From contig OZ025665.1 in NCBI GenBank assembly GCA_964019335.1, forward strand, positions 62,001-126,000: a stretch of DNA of 64,000 nucleotides, given 5' to 3'. How positions within the stretch are numbered: the first letter of the stretch is position 1; each line of letters begins with the position of its first letter. This stretch comes from Diplonema japonicum (lineage: Eukaryota > Protista > Euglenozoa: Diplonemea). The translations under genes and the position numbers were made by a program. The notes under the pieces were generated by a model. That model saw only the letters and a list, made by a program, of their open reading frames with translations. It made no database searches and had not been told where the DNA came from. Below are positions 1-11,845 of this stretch, piece by piece.

Positions 1-403
1 GTTCACACGTCAATTGTGTGCATTTCAGGGTCATCTCAGCAAGCTGATTCTGCAAGCGCATAACGTGTGTCGGTGTCATGTCAACGCAGATATCAGGTCC
101 TGTGGGACCGTAGTCCGTGAGGTGGATGGGATGTTGTTCGCTGGGGGGGTAGTATGTGTACAGAGAAGCCAACGTGACAGGCACCTTTCCAAACACCACA
201 GGGACGTCGATGTCTGTCTGAGTCTCCGCAGTGACCACCTCGCGATGTTTGTAGTGCTCGATCATCCCCTGTTCTCCTTGCAGGTGTCGGTCCAACCTCC
301 TCATGAACTCTCCTCCATTAGACCGCCTCACGGGGGACAGCGTTCTCGAGGCAGGGATGTTGTACCCTCCGCTGTGACAATTGTGTCCCTTCGGAGGCGA
401 CAT
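1..403 (-). CDS. Hypothetical protein, 5' part (runs off the left edge of the window)
   Basis: Minus frame is open from ATG at 403 (MSPPKGHNCH...RLQNQLAEMTLKCTQLTCE) to the window edge; preceded by the acceptor-like CACAG|GCG-ATG; not in the ORF track because it has no stop in the window. Confidence 0.6.
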   Translation of the reverse strand, partial: MSPPKGHNCHSGGYNIPASRTLSPVRRSNGGEFMRRLDRHLQGEQGMIEHYKHREVVTAETQTDIDVPVVFGKVPVTLASLYTYYPPSEQHPIHLTDYGPTGPDICVDMTPTHVMRLQNQLAEMTLKCTQLTCE

Positions 404-707
404 CGCCTGTGAAACCATAAACGGCCATGTCATAGATGGGTGGGAGGAACACCACCTGTGTGTGATGACTTGGTGTTATGTGACAGCATATAAAAAGATA
501 TGATGAAAGGAGGGATCCTCCCGTCTTTTTTAGGATTTCAATTATTTTATTCTTTCACCTCCTCCTTTTAAAATGCAAGACAGAGCTGACCCGAAAGTCA
601 ACTTTTAAAAAAATAAAATAAGAAAAGAAGGAAGAAACGAAACAAAGGTGTCGAGGCATCAGTACCCACGTTACGAAGGGGAGCACACTTTTCCTATTGT
701 TTGCCTT

Positions 708-3520
708 TTATAAAAGCTTCTGCGTTCCTCCGAACTGTGAACTTCTGATTTCGAGGTTACGCGTCCTTCCATTGGAGGATACTAGGTTCTTGATATACTT
801 CATGGGGTCTTCCTTGGGCTTCCTGAACGAAAAAGAAATGAAATCAAACATGAGCGGCATACTTGGCTTCATCAGTGACGGACCAGTCGTCGTTGCAAGA
901 ATAGTCGGGAAGATCGAAGTGGGAGCACCCGGTGATTAAGCCGAAAGAACTGCCCCCATCATCCACAGCAGAGCTGTATAAACCGCCTGCCTCGATGTAA
1001 TCGTTGTAAGCTTGGCTTTCCTGTTGTGTGTTGCTACGGGTCTGCAAAGCATACCATTTCACCTGCCTTCTCAGCATCATCATCAAGGAGCAGACTCTCG
1101 TGTCTCATGACCCTGCGCAGCGGGGGCTGCTTGCTCTGCAAGAGTTTATTATTCACGTGATTCATCAGCGGGCTCACTGACAAGCAGTGCGACGTCTCCA
1201 TCTTCAGATGATCTGTAGCCCAAGCGGACTCCTCCTGGCCCAGCAGCAAGGTATCATCGTAAACACCTGAGAGGCCAGAGCCTCTGACGTTCTCCCTGGA
1301 AGGAATCGAAGAGTCAACCACTTTCTTCGCCATCCATTCCTTGCTGACGCACGATGAGAAAATATGTGCTTCAGGGGTATTGTCACTTACCAGCCTATAA
1401 ATTGTCACAGGATGCTTCAGCCCGTACCTGTAGCACCTAAAGATGGCTTGTTGGTCAAGCGCTGGGTTGAAGCTGACATCAAAAAGCACTGCCTTGTGCG
1501 CCGAGCACAAGTTAATCCCCACCCCACCTGCCCGTGTCGAGATTAAGAACACCCCCCACGATGTGTGCTCTTGGAAGTTCTTGATACTCTCCGCCCGTGA
1601 GCTACCCGAAGACGACCCGTCCAGTCTCCACATGTTGCGGCCCTTCGTTAGCTTGCTTATCTGCGTTTCCAAATACTCCAGCGTCTGCACGAATTGCGAA
1701 AACACAAGTAGCTTCTGCTTGTTCTTCACACAGTACTCCACAATGATGAGTAGGCATAGAAGCTTTGGGCTGTCCATTATCTTCCCAACAGAGCGACTCT
1801 GCCGCATCAGTGACGACCCCTCCCAAACCTGCCCATACGTGACCTCAACACCCAAGTCCTGGTCCTTGTTCTTCTCCTTAATAAAATTTCTGAGAAGATC
1901 AGGGTGGCCACCAAGCTTATTCACGATCGAGATGAAATACAGCATGTTCTTCTTCAATCCCGTGTGGAAGTCCCCAGGGCATTCCTGGTACGCCGTCCGG
2001 AACCACGTGAAGGCCTCTCTCTGTATATTTGAAAGGGGACAGAAAACCACAAACTCTTCTTTTTTAGGAAGATCCTTTTGTAAGATTGTCTGGTCCTTTC
2101 GATGAACGAAAGGAGTGAGCTCCTGCTGCAGGATGAATGCACGCTTCCTCATAAGCTCGATGTGGTGCGACTCAGCGTCATTCTTCTGCCCCATCACCAT
2201 GGGGTGCTCGAAGAAGCGGATGAACTCCTTCTTCGGGAAGTGGCCTGGTCGGATGAAGTCAATCATGGTCCAGTACTCGCTGAGGTGGTTCTGCAGTGGT
2301 GTGCCAGTGAGGATGAGCCGTTTGTTGGTTTTGATGGACACCAGAGCTTTGGAAATGGAGGCGTTCGAGTTTCTCATGATGTGCCCTTCGTCGCATATCA
2401 CGATGTCAGGTCCTGGGTCTCGCAGGCACTCCAACAACTTGGCGGTCATATGCTTCGGCAATTGGGTGTTTCTAGAACTGTAAGCCCCAGTAAGCCCACC
2501 GTACTGCTCGTAGCCCATAACCAGGACACCGCCCTTCGTGTGCCAATCCGAGATGATGTCAACGCGTTGCCTTATGCCACAATTGTCGGGGAGGGAGAAC
2601 TGCTTCAGAGGGTGGCCAGCTTCCTGGCTCCATCGTTCTATTTCCGATGCCCAGTTCGACATGGTGGACTTGGGTGCCAGCACGAGGATCGTCTTAACCA
2701 TCTTGAGGCCTACAAGCAGCGATGCGAAGATAACTGTCTGCGCCGTCTTGCCCAAACCCATGGAATGGGCGAGGACGCACCCCAGTACAGGGTCAGGCCC
2801 TTCCCACCTCCTTTCCATGACTACAATGTTGGACCAAAGGAAACGGAGCCCTGCGATCTGGTGGGGCTTCAGAATTTTTGATAATTTGAGTGGGAGCGAA
2901 GCGGGACCAGGACACGCCTTGGAGGGGTCGGCAGAGGTGTCGGCCTTGTGCCATAAGTCGATGACCCTGTTGAGGGAGTCGAGGTGGTCGTTGGAGGTGG
3001 GCTGCGTGGCTTCGTAGTCCCTTTGCTCCGATCGTATGCTCTTTGTAAGGTTCAACAAGGTGGCCCTGGTCTTGGAGGATTCCAACCCGGACAGAGCCAG
3101 GCTGTCCATTGTTTGGTTCCTGCGCTGCGAAGTGACCGATTCCCTTGTCCCGTGATCCCGTGGGGGGTCGCACACAGGGCAGCTTGCATTGTACACCCCT
3201 TCCACGCACAGGCAGGTGTACTCCACAGGGACATCTCGCACGCTTGTCCTCGGCACTTGCCTCGGCCGCTTACGTGAGGTGTTTAGGCTTTCAAACAGCT
3301 CATCTCGTTTCTCGAGGGACGCCTTTTTCACAGCAGCCTTCTCACACTCGTCCTGATTGCTCCCCGACCTGCGCTTTACCCTAATGGGGCCATTGCTGTC
3401 TAAGATGTTCGCGCTGCCCCCTCCAAGAGTGTACTTGAAGTCACCATCGTCGTCAGCATCGATCAATAGCCACTCGGCGCCGTTTGTTGCTTTCGGCACA
3501 TTGGCATCTTCCCCACTCAT
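708..3520 (-). CDS. SNF2-family (ATRX/RAD54L2-like) helicase, ~912 aa; introns 1021-1054 and 823-862
   Basis: Motifs LKPHQ, GCVLAHSMGLGKT (Walker A), VICDEGH (Walker B), LTGTPLQN, LVFSQ, LISTRAGGVGINL, QAIFRCYRYG. Two GTATGC..AG introns join ORF 844-1086 and a last exon ending TAA at 708; the last intron is less certain. Confidence 0.9.
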
Positions 3521-4582
3521 GTCTTTTTATTTTTGACTCTCTCTCTTTATTTTTTTCTTATTTTCTTTTTCTTTTTTTACGAAACTCCGCGGTCCCACCT
3601 TCTCAGAATCACACAGCATCTCACCAGTTTTTCGAGCGGTAAAGAAAAAAAATAGGACAAAAAAATAAAGGAGAAAAAAAAAGGCGGTGGGTCGAAGGGG
3701 GAAAATGTGCTCACTATAAATCTCTTAATTCTCTCCCAGAATAAAAGACATGTCCTTTTTTTTTTTTTTTTACATTATTCTTCGGGTACACCTTTCTTCT
3801 GGAGACGATCTTATTGTGATTGTAGTCCCGTGGGAAAGATATTTGTCATTTCCCACTGACCATATTCCTAGGTGCGTATTAGTCCTCCCAGCTACTCTGC
3901 CACGTACATGAGCCTCGTCTAGCCGCAAGATAGTACCTAGCATCGTCTAAATGCCATAACAGGTAAAAGCAGCTAAAAAGACAAACGCTGGGAAAGGGGG
4001 ACCTTCACCCAAGAAAAGGGCCTTCTGGACTTTTTTTTTTCCCCGGACAAAATTAAGAGTTACAGTATCTTTTGTTCTTAGAATTACCATCTGTGCTCCC
4101 TTTTCCTTTTCTTTCCCTCGTCTGGGGGTGAAACTCAACTACCTATTCCCCCGTTCTTCCCTGCACCTCGTGTGTAAAGAGGGGAAAGGGTGAAAAGGGT
4201 GAAAGATGGGTATGGGAACAAAAAGTGGGGGGGGGGGGGGACAAAGGTAATAAGAAAATAAGTTATTTAAGACCGGGTGTGTATATATTCTTTAGAGGGG
4301 ATGGGAAGGGGAAAGGGGGGGGACAGGAAAGGAAATGTAAAACAAAAAATTTAAAATAAAAAGCTTTTAGATATGTTCCCCCTTATCTTTTTTTTTTGAC
4401 AACACTTTTTTTTTGTTCCTTCTCGCATTTCTCCTTTTCTTCTTTCATTCTCATTTTCCACCCTTTTTTCCTTTTAAGACCCTATTATTAATACCAGCAC
4501 TATTTTAGTTACCCTTTTCCCTCTATTGCACACGAACAGAAAAGAAAAAAAAAAGAAGGCTCAGCAGAAGAAGGGGCTATAG

Positions 4583-5718
4583 TCATATTTTTACAGGCAC
4601 GACATAAAGCTGTTGGAATAGTAAAAAGAGAAAGAAAAGAAAACCCCAGAGCATACCTTGTCCCAATCGTAGGCCGTGACGTATGCTGTACTATCATCGA
4701 GTCGTACCTTTTTTTTTTTTTTTTTGATTTTTTTTCTCTTTTGTTTTGTCCGACATACTCCTGTAAGCAAGCAGTCTTTTAACAGCTCATGGCTGTGTAG
4801 TTGCACCTTGCCACCGTTCGATTTTGAAGGCATCTGCCAAAGACACAGAAGCATGTCCTCTGAAACGCTGGCAAGCTGTAGGGGGTGAAAAAAAACTTTT
4901 TTTCTTCTTCTTGCACACACCAAGTTTGTGCTAGGGTTGTAGTGCATGGCGTTAATCCATCGCGAATGCGCGGCGATCTCGACAGCTACGCTGCAGTTGT
5001 GACTGTCGTAAAGCCTGATGAGACCCGAGCCGAAAGAGGCTGCAATGAAGGAAGAGAAGATGTGAATGGATGTGATGGTATCGCTGTGGATAGGTTGAAG
5101 AAATAAAAATAAGAAAGCTCCATACCCAGGGAAAGACGCTGTGGACGCCACCTCCAAGGACTCAGACCAGACTATCATCTCGCCAGAGATGTCCGCAGAA
5201 GCGATGATGAAACCCCCACCGTCCGTCTGGCCTACTGCAATGTCACTGATGCTGTCATTGTGCTTCGAGAGGGACTTCACAACAGAAGCCTGACCTGCCT
5301 CGAAATTAATCACGCTTATACTACCATTCGAGTGTCCCAAGAAGACGAGAGTAGACGCGCCCTGCTGAAGCGTAGCCACTCCCCGCGAGAGAAAAATTTC
5401 TTTCGTGTCCTCCACCACGCATGACGCCACCATTTTCTCTTTTGCCATATCCCACATTATCAAACCATTTTGGGTCACAATCAGCAGGGTCGGGACGCCC
5501 TCAATGTCCACCGCTTTCACCTGGTACACCGTGGCCTTTGTCTTCCCGTCGCCCTGCAGAGGGTGCACCACTACAGGACTATCATGTTTGCTGATATTCA
5601 CAACCACCGCATCGTTCTTGTGCACGTACGCCACCCAGCTATCCAGTGCAGTCAAGTTATTGTACAGCAAGCTGGGGGTTGTGTCACCACCCTTCAGGCT
5701 GATCGACGTGTATGACAT
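4583..5718 (-). CDS. WD40-repeat protein (WDR54-like), ~316 aa; introns 5084-5125, 4876-4920, 4708-4758, 4610-4656
   Basis: WD repeats (H..SISDI..IASADISGEMIVW; AHSRWINAM..LASVSEDMLLCLW) and an N-terminal LYNNL. Removing four GT-AG introns deletes the poly-K and F-rich inserts and closes the frame (ends KLYVVPVKI*). Confidence 0.85.
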
Positions 5719-5772
5719 ATTTTTTCAACAAGTCACCTCCCCCCTCTGGGATAAATAAATAAATGGGAAAAA

Positions 5773-5845
5773 CTCCCCCTGTTGGGTTCGAACCAACGAC
5801 CTGCAGGTTAACAGCCTGACGCGCTACCGACTGCGCCAAGGGGGA
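5773..5845 (-). tRNA. tRNA-Asn (GTT)
   Basis: Cloverleaf: TCCCCCT/AGGGGGA acceptor stem, D arm GCGC-AGTCGGTA-GCGC, anticodon loop CT-GTT-AA (one mismatch at the top of the stem), GTTGG-TTCGAAC-CCAAC T arm; followed by TTTTT. Confidence 0.95.
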
Positions 5846-6290
5846 CTGTGCCAGCGGCGGGTGCAGGGATGATGATAATAATAAATGGTGAAAGAAGTAG
5901 CACGACGTAGAGAGGAGTTGGCAGATGCCCTGTATGGGTGCAGCAGACATTGATGCCAAACTAGAAAGGAAGAGTGATTGAGAAACTAAAAAGGAAAGGA
6001 AAGTGGGGGAACCAGAAGCAAGCCGTTCTGACGTCTTCCCCTCACTTTGCCTCGTTCCTGAGATAGAGGTCGGAATACATTGAAAAAAGATAAGAAAAAT
6101 GGCAGCCTTGCTCCTGTGCTTTTTATCGTGGCCAATGACAGGAATCCATTACCGTATGCTAAAAGTTGCAATGCTGAACACCTATCGCAGTGAAATGAAT
6201 CTCACAACACAATTATGGGTTCAGCAAAGATATAAAGAAAAAAAAAACAATAATGTGCCAGGAACAGAGGGCAGGTTTTAAAAGTCAAGA

Positions 6291-7643
6291 TTAAAATTCA
6301 AAGTTTTCAGAGTGGAGATCGAACGAGATAGATGGAGAAGAGTGGTCCTTGCACGCCTTGCGCAGTGGGCCGAGCATTTCTATCGGGCCACAAAAGAGGA
6401 CTGCAACCCGCACATCTGCCGCAGCACCAACCTTCTCTTTGTAAGATCTAACAACCTTGTCGATGTTCATTCGGCCGTTCTTCACACCCCAAGGGAGCGG
6501 CACGTTGCCCAACTCGATGTCCCCCGTGCGGTACATTGTGAGACCGTGATCCGAGGTCATGGGGATGGCTGTTGCTATGCTGTCGCGCACCGACCAGTGC
6601 GTCTCGAGCATCGACACTTTTCTTCCTCTCGTGCGTTGCTCTGCGATCGACGCCGCCACAGACCTCAACGGGGTGATCCCTACCCCTCCGGCAACGAACA
6701 AGAAATGTTCGTACTTCCCGGATTCGATATCCAGCGCACAGCTCCCATAAGGCCCATCGACGTACACCGTGAACACCTCCTCCGGTTTTGTGTTTCTCGC
6801 AACAGCCAGCAATCTCTGTCCCCAGCCACCGTTGCAACGTATGTGGAACTTCGCATTTGGCCCCTCGCACGGTGCGGAGGAGAATGAAATGGGATGCCAC
6901 TCGAAGATCCCAACTGCAGGCACTGCGATGAAGGCGTACTGTCCCGGAGCGTACTTCACGTCGGCCATTGTGATCTCCACGATGTCGGGGTCCATGATGC
7001 GAAGCGTGGCTTGGCAGGGCTGGCACAGTGCCATGTAGAGGTTGCGGATAAACACGTCAGCAAGCCAGAACCCGACACCAACGAGGACAATAAAAGCAGT
7101 GTGGACCACCAGCACCCCGGCGTAGACAAGGAAGAACACCCAATGGAAGAATAAGAAGAGCTCGAAACAAGCACGGCGGACGAGATAGAACGCAGTCAGG
7201 GCAAGCATCAGTGCGCACCCGATAGCAACACAACCCGTCCAGAGGAACCTGGAGTATTTGGCGTCGGTGGCCTCCTTCTGAACGAAGGCGATGATGCCGT
7301 GCAGCATCCCAGTGATGATTGACACATAAGCACACATCTTGTGGAACGACATTCTTCGCTCAAAGGGTATCCCCAGAAAGAACGTGAAAGGGGAGTACTT
7401 GGCCGCTGTCATGAAGGCGAGTATCAGCGGTCCTTGTGCCAGAAGCCCACTTCTTGAAGTTTCCCACCCCACCGCTTCCACCACCAACAACGCCATGAGT
7501 AAGACACCCAGACCTATCTCTCCTATCGTTGCCCCAAACAACGCTGTGGGCCGCTGAAGGGGATATGCTATGAACCACCTGGCTCGCACAGCACATCGCA
7601 GCTTCTTCGTCGTGTCTTCATAGGGCACCCAAGAGTCAGCCAT
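6291..7643 (-). CDS. Ferric reductase / NADPH-oxidase-like transmembrane oxidoreductase
   Basis: TM heme-ligating His pairs (FHK..HG; FH..H), FAD motif EWHPIS, VDGPYG, NADPH motif VAGGVGITP, FCGP and C-terminal HSENFEF. Confidence 0.92.
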   Translation of the reverse strand: MADSWVPYEDTTKKLRCAVRARWFIAYPLQRPTALFGATIGEIGLGVLLMALLVVEAVGWETSRSGLLAQGPLILAFMTAAKYSPFTFFLGIPFERRMSFHKMCAYVSIITGMLHGIIAFVQKEATDAKYSRFLWTGCVAIGCALMLALTAFYLVRRACFELFLFFHWVFFLVYAGVLVVHTAFIVLVGVGFWLADVFIRNLYMALCQPCQATLRIMDPDIVEITMADVKYAPGQYAFIAVPAVGIFEWHPISFSSAPCEGPNAKFHIRCNGGWGQRLLAVARNTKPEEVFTVYVDGPYGSCALDIESGKYEHFLFVAGGVGITPLRSVAASIAEQRTRGRKVSMLETHWSVRDSIATAIPMTSDHGLTMYRTGDIELGNVPLPWGVKNGRMNIDKVVRSYKEKVGAAADVRVAVLFCGPIEMLGPLRKACKDHSSPSISFDLHSENFEF

Positions 7644-8272
7644 CGGTAGGAAGGGGGTGTGAGAAGGGATGGTGTAAACCTTTGTAGTGTGTGACTTTTT
7701 TTTTCTTTTTTTCTTTTTTATTTTGAGGGAAAGTAATTTTAGAGGCCAAATTCATTTTTCATTGCTTGCAGCCGTCGGCTCTTCAATTGAAACAAGACGG
7801 GTGCACCTGGCTCCTTCCCGTCTTATTATTCCTTTTTTTTCCAGCAAATCTAGCTTCTTTTATTCTTCTTTTGACCTCTCAATAAAATACTCCCTTTTTT
7901 GTTCTCAGCTCGGCAAAAAAACGGGAAAAGAGTAAGAAACCAGGATCAAAAAAGAAAAGAAAATTAAGAGGGTAAGAAGGAGAAAAGAAAAAAAAAAAGC
8001 AACGAAACAGAACTGTATTAGCCCTAAAGGGCGGGAGCCCCATCGACCTCCTGAATTTCCTTCTTCTTTATCCGACCCAGTCAGCGAGACTTGCGTTCCC
8101 ACTGCAACTTTGACTTCTGCCGACTTTAATTAAAACACATCACCTTTCAATGCATAGTATGGATCCATCGAGAGAAAAAATATAAAAATCGCACAGCATA
8201 GCCATTATTGAAGTCCAAGTCGAAGGGGAAAAAAAAGGGAGGGATGGGATGGTATTTAGCGAAATCTATTTA

Positions 8273-8699
8273 TCAAACACGCTGTAAATGCGGAAGATTC
8301 TGAGGATCGTAGCCTTTCGCGCGGCGGGCGTGCATAACGAACACGAGCACACCGTAGGCACCCGGGAGGAAGGCCAGAGCTGTGTGTGTGTGGTTCTTTT
8401 GTGTTTCCTTTCTCTCGTACTGACATACTTCCTGGTATCACGAAGATGAACCCGTGACTGAACGGATCGCAGGTCAGCAAGCAGTGCAAGCCTATTCCAA
8501 GTAGCACCATCCCTACAACGAACAGCCCAAAGCTCTGCAAGAATGAGGTTCTGTGTTGAGAATATGACCCTTTTAACCTATCCCAAAAATCCGCCTTTTC
8601 ATGAACCCTTCCACCAGTTTGTATATCGGTCACAATCTCTGGCCGTACGCTCTCGTCGCTATCATGTTCCTCCATCTCCTCCCCAGGTGGGGTCGGCAT
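8273..8699 (-). CDS. TMEM230/TMEM134-like small membrane protein, ~125 aa; intron 8380-8428
   Basis: Two hydrophobic helices; splicing GTATGT..CACAG gives IPGTLAFLPGAYGVLVFV..RAKGYDP, matching the FxPGxY...GY pattern of the family. Confidence 0.75.
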
Positions 8700-9246
8700 A
8701 TTTCTTTTAGCACCTTTTCTTTTTATTTCCTTTCCCCGAACAGGAATAAGGAATATAAAGGTGAAGAGAACAAGGGGAAAGGGTGGGGGGGGGAGGAAAA
8801 AAAAGAAGACGAAAATAAAAAACCCCCCTCCCCCACTATCACCCTTGACATTAAAAATTAGTTTAGTTTTCTTTTTCTTTTTTTATTTTCGACAACTCTA
8901 CAAAAAGAAGAAGGGGTAAAAAAAAAAGAAAGAGGGGAAAAAAAAAAAAAAAGAACACACACTTCCTTTTCTAGTGTTTCTTCTATTGTTAATTAAGCCG
9001 TCTTTTGACCAAGGCTTTCTTTGTGTAAGGGGAAGGGAGAGGCGAATAAGGTCAAAAGAAACTTTTTAAAAAAAACTTAGATGATGGAAGGGGGTGTATT
9101 TTAAAAAAGGCTAGTATTTTCTGACCTGGAAAAAAAAAAGGAAGAAATGGGTCCACCTCCTACACTTTTTTTTTTTACCCCCTCCCCTTTTCTTGAAATC
9201 TATTTATCTCCCCTCCCCCCCCCCCCCCTCACCATTCTTTTTTTTT

Positions 9247-11682
9247 TTACATCAAACCGAATCCCTGGCAATTTGCCAGTGCGTTCATCAGCTTCTGCTT
9301 GAGCTTCTCCCTCGTAGGGTACTCGGGGAGAAGAAGGTGGTTGAAACAGGTATGGGCAGTGGGTAGCTGGTCACTGTCGCCGCCATTCTTACCAATGACA
9401 AAATTTAAACTCTTCAGACCACGGATAGGAAGGCGGTCCGTGCCTGTTGTAAACTTGAGGAAGCTCCTCTGCTCGTCCAGGCTCATCTCTTTAATAATAG
9501 ACCAGAAGTACACAATGAGCGGGGAAGTCGGCACATAGCCGTCGTATCGTGTCAGCTCTTCAAGCTCAGAGAGATCGAGTACAGGGCACCCAACCACCAT
9601 GCGCTCCAGCTCGTCAGGGTGGAAGGTTGCCAGAAGCTCCTTTTGCATCCCACAGACCTCATAGAACCCGGACTTGAACTCCTCGAAATTCTTCCCAACA
9701 CTCTTGTTCATTATATAATCAGCGTAAAGCTCCACGTACTCAGATCGGTTCTCTATCGTCAATGGGATGTCAGCTCCGTTCGGTTTCAACTCCACCTCGA
9801 CCTTCGTGCCAAACACGTCATGTGTGACTGTGAAGGTTCTGCAGAATGTATCTTCGACAGTGACACCGTCGGCTTCTTCGAAATCCAGCAACGCCTTTAA
9901 CCCTGCGTACAGTTCTTTGTCAAGATCCTTCAAATCGGTGAATACTGGTTCGATGTTTAGTAGTTTCTTAAAAGTTGCTTTTGGGAAGTTGATGTCGAGG
10001 ATGACGTAGTTGTAAATCGCAAGGCCGACGATCTTGCCGATCAGCATGAACTCGATATCGTTCGTGTTGCACACGATGGTCGGCTGGAACCAGTGCACGT
10101 TGGTTTCGGTGTTCTCGATGAACATTCCGTAGGAAGGGTCCACAAGCTGCCGCACCACCATCTGGAAGAACTCCTTCTTGACCCCTCCTTCGTCGATGCC
10201 TTCCTCGTTCGCAAACTGCACCCGAAGCGGCCTCCGCATTTTATCCTTATTCCGGTTGAGCTCACGAAGTGTCGTCCGTAGAAGGTCGTGCCTGTCGATG
10301 TTCAGAATTAGATACAAAGCCTCGCCAAGCTGTACCGGACCAGAGTGGGGGGTCTGCAGCACACAGCTGAAAAGCGACCGCCTCATCTCGCTATGCTGTT
10401 GGTGTCTTGCATGGTGGTTCAGCAGCTGGTGCTTAAACGATGCGTCCAGCAGGAACGGAAACACCGAAAACGTAAACTCCGATGAGATGCCTTTGTTTGC
10501 CTCACGATACATCAAGGAAGCCTAAGGTAGGGGAGGGGGTATCTTATTGAGGGAGGGATATACCTTCTTATACAAACCCCTCATTGTCGTTACTTCCATC
10601 GTGTGCTCTTCGACACCCTCGCCGTTCCCCCTCCACCGGTCGAAGTCCACCTTCGCATCAATGACCTCGTTCACTCTTTCGTTGTAGAACTTTGTGTTGG
10701 AGATGATCCCTTGGTCCGTATGCGTGAAATTTGCTTCGACTGTTTGTATTTTTCTTTTTTTTTCTTTCTTCTTATTTTTCTCATCCATACACAGTATGCT
10801 GAGCACGGTGCACGCGGCGGGGATCTGTTTAGTCAACGTATCCTCCTCAAGGTCCTCGTACATCATCAAGGACAGGGTGATGAAGGTTTGCAACGAGTCG
10901 ACAATAGGGGTCAGGGACTCAGGGGAATAGTTCCCCCAAACGGAGCAAAGAGGGGCCGAGATGTGGTGATGAATAGAAGCTAGCGCTACGCACACAGGTG
11001 GGAGGAGGATGTGCGACTCGCGGATGGTTTGGCACTCGAAGAGCAGCGTGAACAACCGTGCGAGCCGCCACTTCAAACAACCATTTAAGAGATTCTTAGA
11101 TGCGGTGGACGGGTCGTCTATTTCACCATCCATGACAGAGAGCCAAGACTTGTGGAGATCGGGAGAAGAGAGGTCATTCGCCAACGCGTTCCAACAATGT
11201 TCAGGGATCTTTTTCAAAATCTTCCGCGTGGCCGGTAAATCCATCCCCAAAGCCGCGCTATGCCCCCACAATGACTTTTCGATACCATCCTCATACCGGT
11301 CGACACATCTTCTTTGCAGACCCACATCCAGCATCATCCACGCAATGGCGTCGGGGGCCATCGTCCGCCGGTAGTACTCCTCATCACCCTTCTCCGCTTC
11401 TTCCTTTTTCATGATCTCCATTCCGGCCGCCTTGGTAGGATAGCAGAAACCTTGGCAAAACCTGAAAATTGGGGGATCCCTGAACGCGTCTTTCACCATC
11501 TCCTTCGCATGGCCGAACAGCTTGTCGTCCGCCTCCTCTTTGTACACGAACCCCTCGCAGCACCGGCAGTAGATGTTATTGCACGCCGCGTCCCCACACC
11601 CGGTCTTCAACTGCTGGTAGTACGCCTTCCATATCCCTTGCAGCCGTGCCTTTTTGTCAGCCGTGCATATGAAGGGTTCCAT
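9247..11682 (-). CDS. HECT E3 ubiquitin ligase with N-terminal AZUL Zn domain (UBE3A-like), ~780 aa; introns 10740-10790, 10522-10563
   Basis: YYQQLKTGCGDAACNNIYC (AZUL-like); HECT motifs EEGIDEGGVKKEFF, FLKFTTGTDRLP, LPTAHTCFNHLLLPEY, GFGLM; the two ORFs join through GT-AG introns. Confidence 0.93.
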
Positions 11683-11845
11683 TTACCTATTAACTTGAAC
11701 AAAAGAAGGAAGGGGCGAATAGAGCTTCTATATGTCTAAAAGTACTTGTAATATCTTTCTGTCTAAATAAGAAGGGGGGGGGGGGGGGGGAGATACGGAA
11801 AAGGCAAAAATGCTCGGAGGTATAGGAGTGTAACGTGGGACCTTC

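Noticed and set aside
5735-5860. Partial duplications of tRNA-Asn ends (CCCAGAGGGGGGAG downstream; TGGCACAGT upstream) as att-like integration scars
   Set aside because: Short, imperfect, low-complexity matches with no intervening element.
7794-7824. Iron-responsive element upstream of the ferric reductase
   Set aside because: Loop is 15 nt and lacks CAGUGN and the bulged C.
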